A stretch of 56,838 bases of DNA, counting the filler, from Platydemus manokwari (lineage: Eukaryota), in assembly GCA_037951405.1 (NCBI GenBank). It is 5 parts of 5 records of this genome, joined end to end, with 100 filler letters (N's around TTAATTAATTAA, not from the genome) between each part and the next. Parts side by side here need not be neighbours in the genome. Positions count along the whole stretch, not along the records: positions 1 to 8,852 come from JBBMOY011339093.1; positions 8,953 to 21,877 come from JBBMOY011902498.1; 3 more parts are not named here. One strand, 5' to 3'. The notes below the pieces were generated by a model that worked only from the letters and a program-made list of their open reading frames with translations, ran no database searches and was not told the DNA's origin. Shown in pieces: positions 1 to 12,751 of this stretch (position 1 is the first letter of the stretch; each line of letters begins with the position of its first letter). Both the position numbers and the translations under genes were made by a program.

Positions 1-3000
1 TGTATTTGTTTAAATACTATATATTTGTACAATCTTTTGAATTAATAAATATTAATATTTACTAATCTTTATCACACCTTATTTTTAAAATTTTGCCCAG
101 ATGACGTAAAAAGCCTCTGAAAATAAAATACATTTTCAAACAAGGCTATGCATTTGGATCGTACGACATAGCTAGCTATCTTAAATCTTGATAATTTTAA
201 TGTTTTCCGATTTTTGCGTAATTCCAATAAAATTTATTGGTTCATTTACAGATGTTCTAGTTTTTAAAAATATATAACTAAGTGTTTCTTGTTCTTCCAT
301 TCAATTTATACTTCACTTTTACCATATCAACCATTATGTCTTACGTCATAAAATGAAATTGTCTAAGTGTATAAATTTATTTAAAAGCTTAACTGAGTAT
401 TAAATTTCGAGATTGTCCTCTTAAAAACTTTATCCCTCGATAAAAGATTAAATTTCAAGTTGAACATCTTACATCTATAATTATCAATAAAAATTATTTA
501 TATCCATTATTACTTGAGAAATAAAATATCAAACAAAAACCTGATACACAAATTACACAAGTATAAATACTAATGTAACTACGGCAAAAACTGCCATTTG
601 GAAGCTGAGTAATAGGACTTTTTGTATTGGATTCGGGGAGTATTTTAATGAATTTTCGAGTTACTTATGTAAAAACATATTAGTTCGATTCAGTAAAATA
701 TAAATTGCAACCTTTAATTCCTTTGGACCAAAACTTTTCTTGAAAAATCTTCCGAATAAAAGACATAGTTCAGCAGAATTTTACTTTTTGGATTTCCGTG
801 ATATTTGTCGACTTACTTTTTGTAAAATTATCGGTAATGTTTTGATAATACACATCTCTCCCGCTATTAATGCGATCCAACAATCTACTTAATTTCTTAT
901 GATGAGTACTTCTTTCATTAATTTTAATATACTTTTTGAAAGTGACAAATTAATTTATACTTTCTTTTGGAATATAGATTTAGCAAAAATTATTAGACCA
1001 TATGACTTTAAGATTAGTATTTAACGTATTCATAATGTTGACTACTTTGTTTGAACTTTGTAAGGATAACGGATTTACAATTTGCTATCATATAACATCT
1101 TTTATTAAAATCAAAACAAGTTTTTATTCTCAAGTTGGTTATTTTTTTGTTCAAAATTTTGTTGGTGTTTTTAGTAATTTAGTGATTCGAAATTGATTAA
1201 AATATCCTTCATTTTATCAGAACTTAAAGTATTGATGTTTTTCAGAACATTTATATGGTAGGGAATTTGCAAATAATATCCAAAATTCGATTTTGGAATT
1301 TTGTTTCTAACACTGCTAAAGAATTAACCATGGTAATTGATCTATTTTACCCATTTTGATGTGGGTAAAATAAATATGTAAGGTTATTGAATAATAGCAG
1401 TAGAATTCATCTGCACTTGCATTCTCATTAAAATTGGTAAGTCATTACATAAACAATGTGATGTTGGGCAGCTTTCAAGATTTCATATTTTATAACTTTC
1501 TCATCTTGTAATGGCCATTGTACTTTTTATCCAAATGCATTTTTTTCAAAAGTACACTTAAGCTCCACCATTGTTTTGGATGGCTTTTCCTTTCTAAAAA
1601 ACAGTATTTCTCAGAATATTTTAACAATTACGTTGAAATTATATTCAAAATTCATACTGATTGACTGTGTTATTTTTTTAAACATTATAATCACGGTAAA
1701 TATTGAATGTGATTATTATCTAAATTGTCGTTTTTTATGAAAATTTTAGTAAAATTCTTCTAAAAATAGTGGAAAATAAAATTAATGAATAAGAAAACAT
1801 ATTTGGACCAAACAAAGGAAAAAATCCATAAATATCAATAAAAATACTGCTTACCGTTCAGTACAGAAGAAATTAATTCGATAGCCTTCGCAGCTAAAAA
1901 AATGAGTAATTTTTTATATTATCAAATCTCTCATGTTTAGCTCTATTTCAGTATTGGTGGAATTCTTGGTGATTTTTTACAGTGACAGCAAGAGTCTGAC
2001 GAAGTATATAATGTTTTGCTGTATTCAATTCGTTGTTCGATTCAATAATTGTAAATTACCGAGACGTTGATTTTTGACTGTTCTATGAGTATAGAAAATA
2101 TCAAAATTAATTTTACTTCGTTAAAAGATAAACTTAAACTTAATAATTACTTGCTTCGTAGCTCTTATCATTTATACTTCATTTATATTTCAGCCACCAG
2201 AAAAGACCTAAAGTCATAAACTTAAAATTTCAAATACGTTGGAAAAGTAAAATTAATATTTTTTCTGTAACAGCTACCATTCTATCAGCACTTTTCGATT
2301 AAGGACTTTTCAATAGAGTAACCAGGATAAAAATCAATAAAATGTGTTCATTTATTTGGTATTTACTTCATCAATTTAATGAAAAATCCATAAATGAATA
2401 TGAATGAGCTTTATTCGTTACATACATTTTATAATTACTTGTAAAAATCATAAACGAAATGGAAATAATAATAATACAAAAATAAAACATTTTATCAACA
2501 TATGAAATAATAATTGAAAGATATAGCAAAATTTTTGATATTAAGTAAATAGAGCCCATAACTCAGTAATAAAATTTAATCAAGTATTTTAAGATATGTG
2601 ACATTTTTTTCTCATATCTTGAATAAGCTTAGCAATACTATATTTTTTGATGATAACATTGGTGAATAGATCATGTGTTGTTGTTTTTCGTGTTGTAATT
2701 TGGCATTGTGATAATTTGTACTATTAAAACTTGTTGTTTCATTTATACTATATTCAGGCTAGAGACATTGTTGTCAATTATAAAATATTTTTAGTCATAC
2801 TATATAATTTAAGCTTTTGTATTACGAATTATTATACATCGAGGTCCACATTAATTTAAAAAAAGTAATAGAATATAATTTCTTGCTTATAAATAGTCAC
2901 CTAGTTGTAAAAAAAGGCAGTGTGGTTTAAGTTATACATAAAGTATGTGTTGTGTCATTTAATGATTAATTCATAATCAAAAGAAATCCAAACCAATAAT

Positions 3001-3364
3001 TACTTTCATGAAACCAAACATTTAACTGGAATGTTTTTGATTGCATAAAATTAATAAATATCTTAAATTGGTTTGACCGATAGATAGATTTTCCTAAAAT
3101 TTAACATGTTAAATAATTTATTGCAAGTAATTTATAAATTTATAAAGTGCAAATGAAATAATTTAATAAAAAATATTAATTTTAGAAAATTTGTCATTTA
3201 TTTATTAAATATCCACATAAGAAATTTAAATAATAATTTTCAATTAATAATAATTTTTCACATTAAATAATAATTTAGGATCAAAATTTGAAAAAAAAAT
3301 AATGAAATCTAGATAGTTTGTTTTAATAATTACATCATTTGAAGATATATTGAATGTTGAAATA

Positions 3365-5087
3365 ATGCCTAGGCACAGGTCTCCTGTATTTAGAGATTCT
3401 TATTCACCAACAAATGTTTCTAAAAATGCATATGAATTCGATAGACATCAAAGACCCTCTATACGTTCTAAGGACAGAATAAGATCGCTCTGTATTAGCA
3501 ATATCTATACTAAAATTCCTGATTCTTATCTAATCAGTTTTATTGAGAAAGAGTTTTCATGCTTTGGTGAATATAACCTCAGTATAACTTCATTTAATTG
3601 TGAAAGGGTAGCTTATGTTAATTACAAGTAATTTTATCGTCAGCATATTATTCAATCATCATTTTCATTAAAGAAGCTCAGATTCAGCGGCTGAAGCATT
3701 TGAATGTCTTCAAAATTTGGAAATCGATTCTCGACCAGTCACAATAACACCCGTGTTTCTAACAACCAAGCGGCATTCACCGCATCAGTACCGTAGATCA
3801 TCAAGATCTCCAAGATTCGGTAGACCTAATCGTAAAATATCGCATCATGAATCGTCATCAGAAGTATCAGACAGACGGTCTCGTTCAAACAGCCCTAGGT
3901 TTAGTTATAGAGAAAAAAGCCAATATGAAGCTCTACCCACTAGAACTTTATTTCTTGGAAACCTAGGGTATGATGTTGATGTAGATATTTTAAGGCGCAA
4001 ATTTGAAAAATATGGAGAAATTAGTGATATTGATATTAAAAGACAATCCCTTGGTAGACAGGGAAATACATATGCTTTCCTTAAATACGCAACGTTAGAC
4101 ATGGCAACTAGAGCTAAACATGACCTCGATGGGCAATTTATTGGGGGTAGCCAAATAAAAATAGGATATGGTAAACCATTGCCGTCAACCTGTGTGTGGA
4201 TTGGGGGATTAGGACCTTGGGTTATATTTGAAGACTTAGAAAGAGAAATTATTCGTTATGGTAATGTTAAACGAATCGAATGGCCACGTAATAAAAGTTA
4301 TGCATACGCAATATATGATACAGTAAGTGATGCCACTAGTGCTGTTGAGAATTTGAGAAACATTTCATTAGGTAGTGAACATAGGCGATTAAGAGTTGAT
4401 TTTTCAGATTTAAACTATTTTACTTATGACTGTAAATTAGAACGCTATCACAGGAAACCCAGAAGATCTGTTTCAAGGCACTATTCGTCCCCACAAAATA
4501 AATCGAAAGTTTCTATAGAAACAGCAAAAACAACTGCACAATTATCAGAATGTTTGCGAGGAATTTGGACTGGAAAAATAATATTAAAAAAGAAAAATTT
4601 TGGTTGTCGATTTTACAAATTTAAGGGTGATGAATCACTTGTGACAGATTTTATGTTTGAGGAGAAACAAAATTCATTTCAACCGATTTCTTTACCTTTA
4701 CGAATAACTCAAAGAATGACTATTGATTTGGAAAAACTAAAAGAAGTAAAACAAAGGATAGATTCGCTGAGGAGTAGGGAATACTGTATTATGTTTGCAA
4801 CTTCATTTGTTGTCAATACCACGCTTATGGACGATGCTCTCCATCCACATAAACCAATTCAGAACTTGATTGAATATTTAAGATCCAAAAACAGTTCCGG
4901 AGTAGTTTTTTTAAAATCTAACACAACTGCAAATACCGACGTATCGAAAGGTACGTTAGCGTTACATATTTTCCCACCGTGTGATTTTGTATTTGATATT
5001 TTGAATTACAAAGCTCCAAGTTTAGTTCCGAAATACATGATGGATGATTTTGTTTTAATTTTATTGATGCAGCATGTTGTGGTGTAA
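3365..5087 (+). CDS. RBM15: RBM15/spenito (Nito) RNA-binding protein, 3 RRMs + C-terminal SPOC domain; exons 3365-3627, 3674-5087 (about 558 aa)
   Basis: Two ORFs join in frame across a 46-nt GT..AG intron (3628-3673), giving RRM1 'ERVAYVNYKSSDSAAEA'. RRM2 'TRTLFLGNL...YAFLKY...IKIGYGK', RRM3 'VWIGGLGPW...RLRVDF' and SPOC 'WTGKIILKK...LRITQRM...NLIEYLRSKNSSGV...FPPCDF' match the RBM15 family. Confidence 0.93.
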
Positions 5088-5520
5088 CTTTTAAATGAGT
5101 GAAACGAACACTCCGATGTACATTTTCTAATTGTAATTTTGAATATATTTTCGATTTATTTTAGGTTTTTGTTTGATTAATTAATATATAAATGAATTTA
5201 TTTATTCTAATGGCTTGAATATGTTACTTGAAAGTTAAATTAATTTTATGGTTTTCATTTAATAGTGGTTTCTAATCATTGAAAGGTTTATAAGATATGG
5301 AATAATATACATCAAATGTGATTATGTGTTAATAGAGTGATATGAATAAAGATTTTAGATAAATTAAAGAGTATAAATGGTTGTTTATAAGTTGTGCATT
5401 ATTCACAAAATCTATTTTCGAAGAGTTTTAAATAAATGATTTTCTAAACGAGTTTTGTAAATGACAATCAATTAAATCAATAATGTAAACCAGGAATTGA
5501 AAAACCATTAAATGAACTAA

Positions 5521-5650
5521 TTAACATCCACCATTTGACTTGCTTGCGTACAGTAAGTAGGTAGAGCAAGGTTTTGGAACGCCAATAATTTTCTTTAGGA
5601 CCTTTCGGATCTGCCTGTCCATTTTCACCAGTCTGGTTTTGGTCGAGATG
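5521..5650 (-). mobile_element. Short remnant of a non-LTR retrotransposon RT thumb region (R2/R4/NeSL-like)
   Basis: Minus strand reads TRLVKMDRQIRKVLKKIIGVPKPCSTYLLYASKSNGGC, matching the LD..IR..vK..L.LP......LY.....GGLG thumb motif. GC is locally elevated. Confidence 0.6.
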
Positions 5651-6373
5651 AAAATTACTTTATGTATCGAAATGGATGATCGAGCACTTGCTAATTAACA
5701 AAATGAAAGTGGAAGTGGTAAAGGTTTGGTTTCTCATAGCATTATAAAAAAGCATTTAATCTTATCGAAATAGATTTTTCCTTTAAGAGAAAATTTACTT
5801 TTTGTTTAATACAGACCTGATTCCCTTTGAAAATAATAACTAGTATATAAAATATTTTTGAGAAATAATTAATTAATAAATTTAAAACATTAAAAGACCA
5901 GATTTTAATGCAAATTTTATGCATTGATCTACAACTGTTTTGTTCAAAAATATTTTTATCAGTTGACCTTTTTTCACAAATGAGTGTCCAAAATAATTAT
6001 CCATGTTGAATACCCTACTGCCATTCTTCAATATTAATAATTATGGTTCATTTCAATCCCCGTTTTCTATTGATGGAAGATAATGTTTAATCTTACATAA
6101 AATGTCATAATTTTATTCACGACAAGCCCACCTACATTATCATGAGATAATTTTCAAAACCTTTTAATCAATACACACACACACACACAATATATAATCT
6201 GATCAAAATTGTATTGACAGCAAGTCATTCAAAAATCAAACAAACAACCTCTGCCATAAATAAGTTACAAATTGTTAAATTAACCATTATAATTATCAAA
6301 AACCATTGAAAATATCAGAGATTAATTGGCGATAACAAAATGAAAATAACAAAAATTCAAATAATCAATTCTA

Positions 6374-7345
6374 TCATTCTACTACAAAAATATTCTGTAT
6401 TCTGGCAGCTAACGATTCAGTTCTGGCTGAATCTATATCAGCAGCCCATAAATCTGTAATTCGTTTAAAAATGATTTTTTCATTGTATGCGAGATTTCTA
6501 AACGGTATTAATCTTTATTAATTTTTTAAAACAAACTAACGATAATGTTGAAACGGATTTAAGTGATCCGGGTTCAGCTTGAATAGTTAGTAGATAAATC
6601 ATTTTCTTAAATGGCGCATTTTCATGATCAAATAATCCTTGTAAGTAGGTGCTAATAACGCTCGGTAATGTATTCAAAACTCCAATATCCACACAAAAAT
6701 CATTATTATTAATCGCAGTATTTATAAATAAATGAAGTTCTTCATTGATGGATTCATTGCTACAATGCGAACATGGAAATTTCGGACAACTGTCACTTTT
6801 TATTAAATTATGAAATTTTAATACACGTGACAAGTTTTGTTTCAAATTTTCAAAGCTCTCCATAGAATTATTGACTGCAAACGTCAAAACAGCAGGCTTC
6901 TTCAACTCTGAATAATTTCTAAACATCGGTCACAAAAACAACAAGAATTTAATTCTTACCCAGTTAAAAAATGCTTTAATGCAATTGCTAAAATTTTAAC
7001 TGAAATGTTTTTTTGATTTGGAAAAGCATTTTTTAAGCTAATTGTGTTAGACGAAGTAGTTGGCATACAGAAAGTTAGATATATAAAGAATGAACAAATT
7101 ATAATAGCGCAAGTAGCTAAAATTAAAATATAATTTTGGCTTTCGATATGATTTTCGTAGTCTTCAGTATCTGAAGTAGTAAGTGAATTTTTACAAGCCT
7201 CATCAGTGGAAAAATCAGACGAAACATCTGAATTGTCAGCAATATCTTCGTTGAAACTGTCTGAAGAATCTGATGATATTATATCATTATCACAATTAAA
7301 TGTATTTGATAATTTTCTTTGTTTAAAATTTTTTTTATCAATCAT
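6374..7345 (-). CDS. TOR1AIP: Torsin-1A-interacting protein (LAP1/LULL1 family), type II membrane protein; exons 7345-6960, 6918-6541, 6497-6374 (about 295 aa)
   Basis: Acidic/Ser-rich N-terminus, one TM helix (YILILATCAIIICSFFIYLTF), luminal 'KPAVL', 'FDHENAPFKKMIYLLT' (cf. CDHENAAFK) and C-terminal 'ESLAARIQNIFVVE' carrying the arginine finger. Introns of 41 and 43 nt keep frame. The start may instead be ATG 7426. Confidence 0.82.
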
Positions 7346-8689
7346 AGTTATAGTTACTGAATGATAAAAACTTTTTATTGACTCAAAATTTATTAAGAAA
7401 TTTTTAAGATTTAAAATAACCTTCATTTATTAATTTATTTAAACACAAGTAGTAAATTAAATTATTTAATTTAATTCAAATCGAGTTATATCCAAATTCC
7501 ACTTAATTTTCTCAACCAGACTTATAGAAAAAAATTGAAGTGATCTAATATCCTGAAATAAACTAATTATAAAATTGTTCTAAAGTATTAAAATATCGAT
7601 AAAATTTCGATCTATTTAACAATTTGAATTTCATTATTCTAGTTAGGACCACACAATTCAGACTCATAATCTCTAATTAATATTTACTTTTCAGTTTTTA
7701 GGCTCTCTCTTCAAATGTACATCGAATTCCAACAAAATCATTAAGTTCGTGATTTAGAACAAATGATATTTAGGTGAATTTAAAAATTTGAAGTCATATT
7801 TTCCGCAAATATTTCTAAGACAACAAAGATAAATAAAAGTCTCACCAATCTGTCAAGTTAAATTGAATTTCATTCACTCAAAATTTAAATTAAAGTAATC
7901 GAGGAAAAAAATTGCAAAAAATATTTTGGAAATGAATGCTACTGAAAATACAAAGATCTTATTAAAGACACTCTGCTTCCTTCGATGTCATAAGAAGTAA
8001 TATAGACAAGTCTTGGCGCCATTCCTTCAATAATTTTTTATATTTAATTCATTATATTACTAATATTCTAATTATATTTATTATATAAAGAATTACTCCC
8101 CCAAAGCCTGGTATATATATTGCTACTGTAATAGGAAAATACAAATTTATAAAATATTTATAATAAAATATTTAATAAAATCTAATGAAATTGTAGAATT
8201 CTTAAATAAATATTCAAACATAAAATTTCAAATATTAATGACGAAGAATGTTTTAGAACACAATTAATTTCTGGTCAAATATTAAAAAATGGAGAACATA
8301 CTCTTAATGGGAGAAGATTATATTATTCTATAAATGTTTCCTATGATTCCTATAGTTATTCCTTTTCCAATTTGCTTTATGTAGTTCATTTAATGCCTTA
8401 CATATTTTTTCAAAGCACCGAATCTGTTCTTTATTCAAAAATTTTAAACATATATTCCTCAAATTTTTATCGCAATCATAGTTTATATTTCGTAACGCAA
8501 TTCTTTCTTAATCTTTGTCTCTTATTATACACTTTTCTTAATTTGTTTGGTAATCTATTAATAAAAACTCGTTTCCAATTTTATTAATTTTTATTATTGG
8601 TTTTTTATTTTCTATTTGGAGTATTATTATTTTTATATTATTTCTATTACTATTATTTAACAATCATCATTATTAACATTATTATAGAT

Positions 8690-8752
8690 ATTCTTATTCA
8701 CATTCATTTTCATATTCATACTCATACTGATATTCATATTCATATTCATTGT
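8690..8752. repeat. Degenerate (CATATT)n hexamer microsatellite
   Basis: attcacattcattttcatattcatactcatactgatattcatattcatattcat. Confidence 0.7.
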
Positions 8753-8852
8753 TATTATTGCACCATAATTGTTATTTTATTGGGTCTATAACTTAAAAAC
8801 CGGAATTTTTTTAGAACAATTGAGTGTTTATTAAAGAAAATCTTGTACAATT

Positions 8853-8952
8853 NNNNNNNNNNNNNNNNNNNNNNNNNNNNNNNNNNNNNNNNNNNNTTAA
8901 TTAATTAANNNNNNNNNNNNNNNNNNNNNNNNNNNNNNNNNNNNNNNNNNNN
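8853..8952. other. Assembly spacer (44 N + TTAATTAATTAA + 44 N)
   Basis: Palindromic 12-mer with stop codons in all six frames inside an N run; the same structure occurs four times. Confidence 0.97.
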
Positions 8953-10355
8953 AATGGTTTTATTCTCATACTCCAGACAGAAAAATGTTAATCTAATTAT
9001 TAGGAAATATCGTAACATTTGTGGATTTAATGAAGAAACAAAGATAAAACAGAACTCAGAATAAGAAATGCTCCCATTATTAGAAAGTTAAACGACTAAA
9101 GGAATAGAGATATTAAAGAATACGTAAATGAATTGGAATATATAATATATATGGTAATTTTCTATAATTACTTTAATAAATTGATAATTTTTGTAATATC
9201 GGTAAAAAATGAAAATCTCTCAATTAATTATGTAAAGATTTATACCTCGTTTTAACAACTACAAATGTCAATGAAAAGAAGTCAAATAAGATAAATGCAA
9301 ATATTGTTGATAAATTTTATTAAATTCTATTAAGATTATTGTTTATTGTGCAACATTCATGTATATTTGCATTACACTTTATATTTGCTAAGCCAGATCA
9401 ACAGAAAAGCTACAAAAAATTTTAGAATTATGTAATTACTTGACTTTTGTACATACATGCAACATTGAATGATTGAATCGATTAAATAGCTTACATGAAA
9501 AAATATATAATTTTATTAAATAATTGTATTGTAAACTATTTTTGTCTCAATTTTTTCGATTAGAATCAATTATTGATATCGTTATATTATTTAATGAAAA
9601 CAATCACGTGGGAGAATACTGAATGAAAATACATTATCATTTCCCAAAAAATCTATAAAATGTCCGCTAAGTCTATGAATCATTGCACATACATATATTC
9701 ATAGAGGAGCAAGAAACCTTAAAAATAATTAATGTTTTAACACGAAATTCAATTGAAAAACATAGAATAATGACAATAATTATCAAGAAAACATTATATA
9801 ATCCATAGTAATATGTAACAATGAGTTAAAAAATTTTAATGACTTTAACCTCAAGAATAAATAATTGGAATTTCCAATCGAAATGTTTTAGAAAATGAAC
9901 ATAAAATCGTGATGGAAAATTGATTAATGATTGAATGACAAGAAAAGAAAAATTCAATAACGAATCATTCGAGATTGATTGATGATGTAACAATATGATG
10001 TGATGTCTCCAAAATGAAAACATAATTACAGCCTTGTCGTAATTCAATGTTTGGGCAAACATAACAATATGTGTCGAAATATTAGCATTATTTATATAAG
10101 AGAAATTATTTTTAAAAAAAATCAATAAAATATTAAAAAATAAGAAATTTATAAAAAATGAGAGAAAAAATTTTAAAAAACTTGGAAAAAACTATAAAAA
10201 ATGATAAAATAAATGATTAAAAGTCAAGGAATATTTTGATTTCTTTAAAACAAGAAATTACGAACAAAATAAAGATCAATTCAAACAGGAAACAACAATT
10301 CATATCAATAACAAATGAGAAACATTTTCCAATATTATTATAACTGATAAATTAC

Positions 10356-12621
10356 CATTGTTACAACTTGATTCCACGACATTCCACAATCGATATCGAC
10401 TCCTCAATGACACAATATTCTTCTGATACGGTAAAATGCCATCGATCAACAGAGCATAAAGCGAATCCACCACAAATAATGGAGCTCTGATCATTTTGGA
10501 ATCTGTCATACTATTATTACCTTTTGATGCTTGTTCCGAACATGTGGCTATCGTTTCTTGGACAGCTTTGATAACATCTCGAATCATTACTGGATCAACA
10601 TTATATTATAAACAATAAATAATATATAATGTCAAACCTTTATATTTCATATCTTCATTCGACAACTCATTTTCTTTGCCACATTTAATCTGTGCCCCTA
10701 ACACAAATTCTGATATCATCATATTGCCATTTCCATTGCCATATAAACCCCAATCACGGGGTATTTCTATAAAACATTTAACATGTCAATATTAATGCCC
10801 ATATGTATATATTATCCATGTATAACCTTGAGGTTTCAGTGATACCTCCAGATCATTTTTCCATAACGAAATCGATGAACCGTAATATTTAATCGGTGAA
10901 AGTGGCTTTTTCAATATTTTCTCACTGAAACTCACACTTTTTTTCGCTTTATTTCCTTTCGTACCTTCGAAATCGGATGTACTGCTGCTGATTGATTCAG
11001 TGGTGAAATCGGAATATTTGGTATTGGACGATTTGGAATTTCCAAAATCCGGTTCGGATACCGATCGATCCAATGATTGTCGCTGAAAACGAACAAATAA
11101 ATGTTTGTCCATTAGTTAAATTAATACCAAGCACGATTTCAATGGTGTTTCATTATCATGGGTTTGATCGATTCGATTTCGATCTTTATTAATCGGTGAT
11201 CCCGTTAATAGATCAATGGATTGAAAATTGGGAACACTTCGATAATGGGATTCGGCTTTATCATCTAATTTGATGAGATCATCTGTTACTGGTGGATCAT
11301 AAAATGTTGACAGACATTTTGAACAGAACTGATTGGAATCCTTTAATTTCTCATTGTTACTGCTTCCACTATCAAAACCGGAATCTTTACCAACAGTATT
11401 ACATTTCAATCGTTTGATATCATTCATAATATTGCCAGTATCTTTGTTTAAAAACGATAAATCCGGTAATGTTTTACTGAGAAAAGCTGAATGTGTTAAT
11501 CTTGTCGATTTAGGCGTCTTAATCAATCCCAATCCCGGATAACGCTGGGATTTTTTATCTAATAAACTGTTCGAACGTTGACGTATATGTAAATCGTTAT
11601 GGCTGATTGGTGGAAATTGGGCTCCGAAATTAATAAGAACTTTATTTTTGTCAGGATTAACTTTATATTCACACAAATCAAAGAAATCTTGAGAATTTTT
11701 ACTTTGATTCAAACCGCGAGTTCGGGAATAAATTTCCAATAAAGTTCCTGAAAATCTGTGAGTTTTTCTGGGTTCTGAATGAGCTCGATATTTTATATTT
11801 TCATTAGAACTGAATTTGGATTTCGTATCAATAATGGAATTGTTGTTTTTTGTAACAGATCTACCACGTTGATTTATATCTTTATTGTTGTTATTATTAT
11901 TATATAATAGATTATCTTCGGGATTTTTTGTTGCAGTTTTTAATTTATTCCATGAAATAACTTTATTACTAGCATTATCTTTCAATTGACGCCATGTTGT
12001 GAAATTACCTTCAACATTGTTTTCTTCAACTTTCGCTTTATATTTTAATAAAGATGAGTGATTTTTATTGCTTATTTGATTCCAAGTTACTTTATTGGAA
12101 TTAGCATTATCGTTATCATTTAATGAATTTGAACAATTTATCAATGAAAATGTCTTTTTGTTGAGATTTGAACCCGACTTTTCCTCAAACGTAATCCGAT
12201 AATCTCTGCTCAACTGCTTTGTTAATAATTCCTTTAGCAATAATGATGACTGACTCATACTACTTCTAATCATTGAATCCTTAATTTCCATCTCAGAGCC
12301 ACTTTGTGTGGGAGTAAATAGAATTTCCTTTGTCGACATTTTCCTATCGAGTAGGTCATCTAAAATATCTGGAAATCGTTGATAAGAACTGTCCAAATCG
12401 GAATATATACAAGATTCTGAAAATGACTGACATAATTGCGTAGCATTTTTCAAATAATCATTTCTATTAAAATCCAATGACATTTCATTTGAAATATTAT
12501 TATTTTCTTCTTTTAAATTGGCATCAAACGGTATACTAAATTGGTCATCAAAAAAGTATTCCGATTCAGACTCCATGGACAAATCAGAACTAAGTCTGGT
12601 TTGCACTTTTACTTTATTCAT
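10356..12621 (-). CDS. RUSC1/RUSC2 (iporin)-like RUN-domain protein, 3' end unresolved; exons 12621-11128, 11082-10827, 10766-10638, 10589-10356
   Basis: Long Ser/Asn-rich disordered N-terminus, then 'SLYALLIDGILPYQKNIVSLRSRYRLWNVVESS', resembling the RUSC RUN domain (ALHALVADGLKPFRKDLI...PWSVVEAS). Introns of 45, 60 and 48 nt are all phase-compatible. Confidence 0.72.
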
Positions 12622-12751
12622 GGAATCTAAAACTTATGATAACCAATTTTAAAAAAAATATGTTTAATAATATATATATTTATGATGACGGAAGATCGTT
12701 ATTTACTAAATTAATGCAATTAAACAAAAAAAATTTATTAATATAAAAAAA

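Noticed and set aside
5760-5771. TCTTATCGAAAT resembling part of a planarian spliced leader as I recall it
   Set aside because: Only a 12-nt AT-rich match, without the rest of the leader, a donor site or an Sm site.
8897-8908. Repeated palindrome TTAATTAATTAA as a biological repeat or CRISPR-like unit
   Set aside because: Always centred in identical 100-nt N spacers; it is an artificial six-frame stop linker.
9826-10125. ORF as the continuation of the RUN domain (FDWKFQLFILE)
   Set aside because: No phase-compatible splice path from the 10355 donor could be built; left unresolved.
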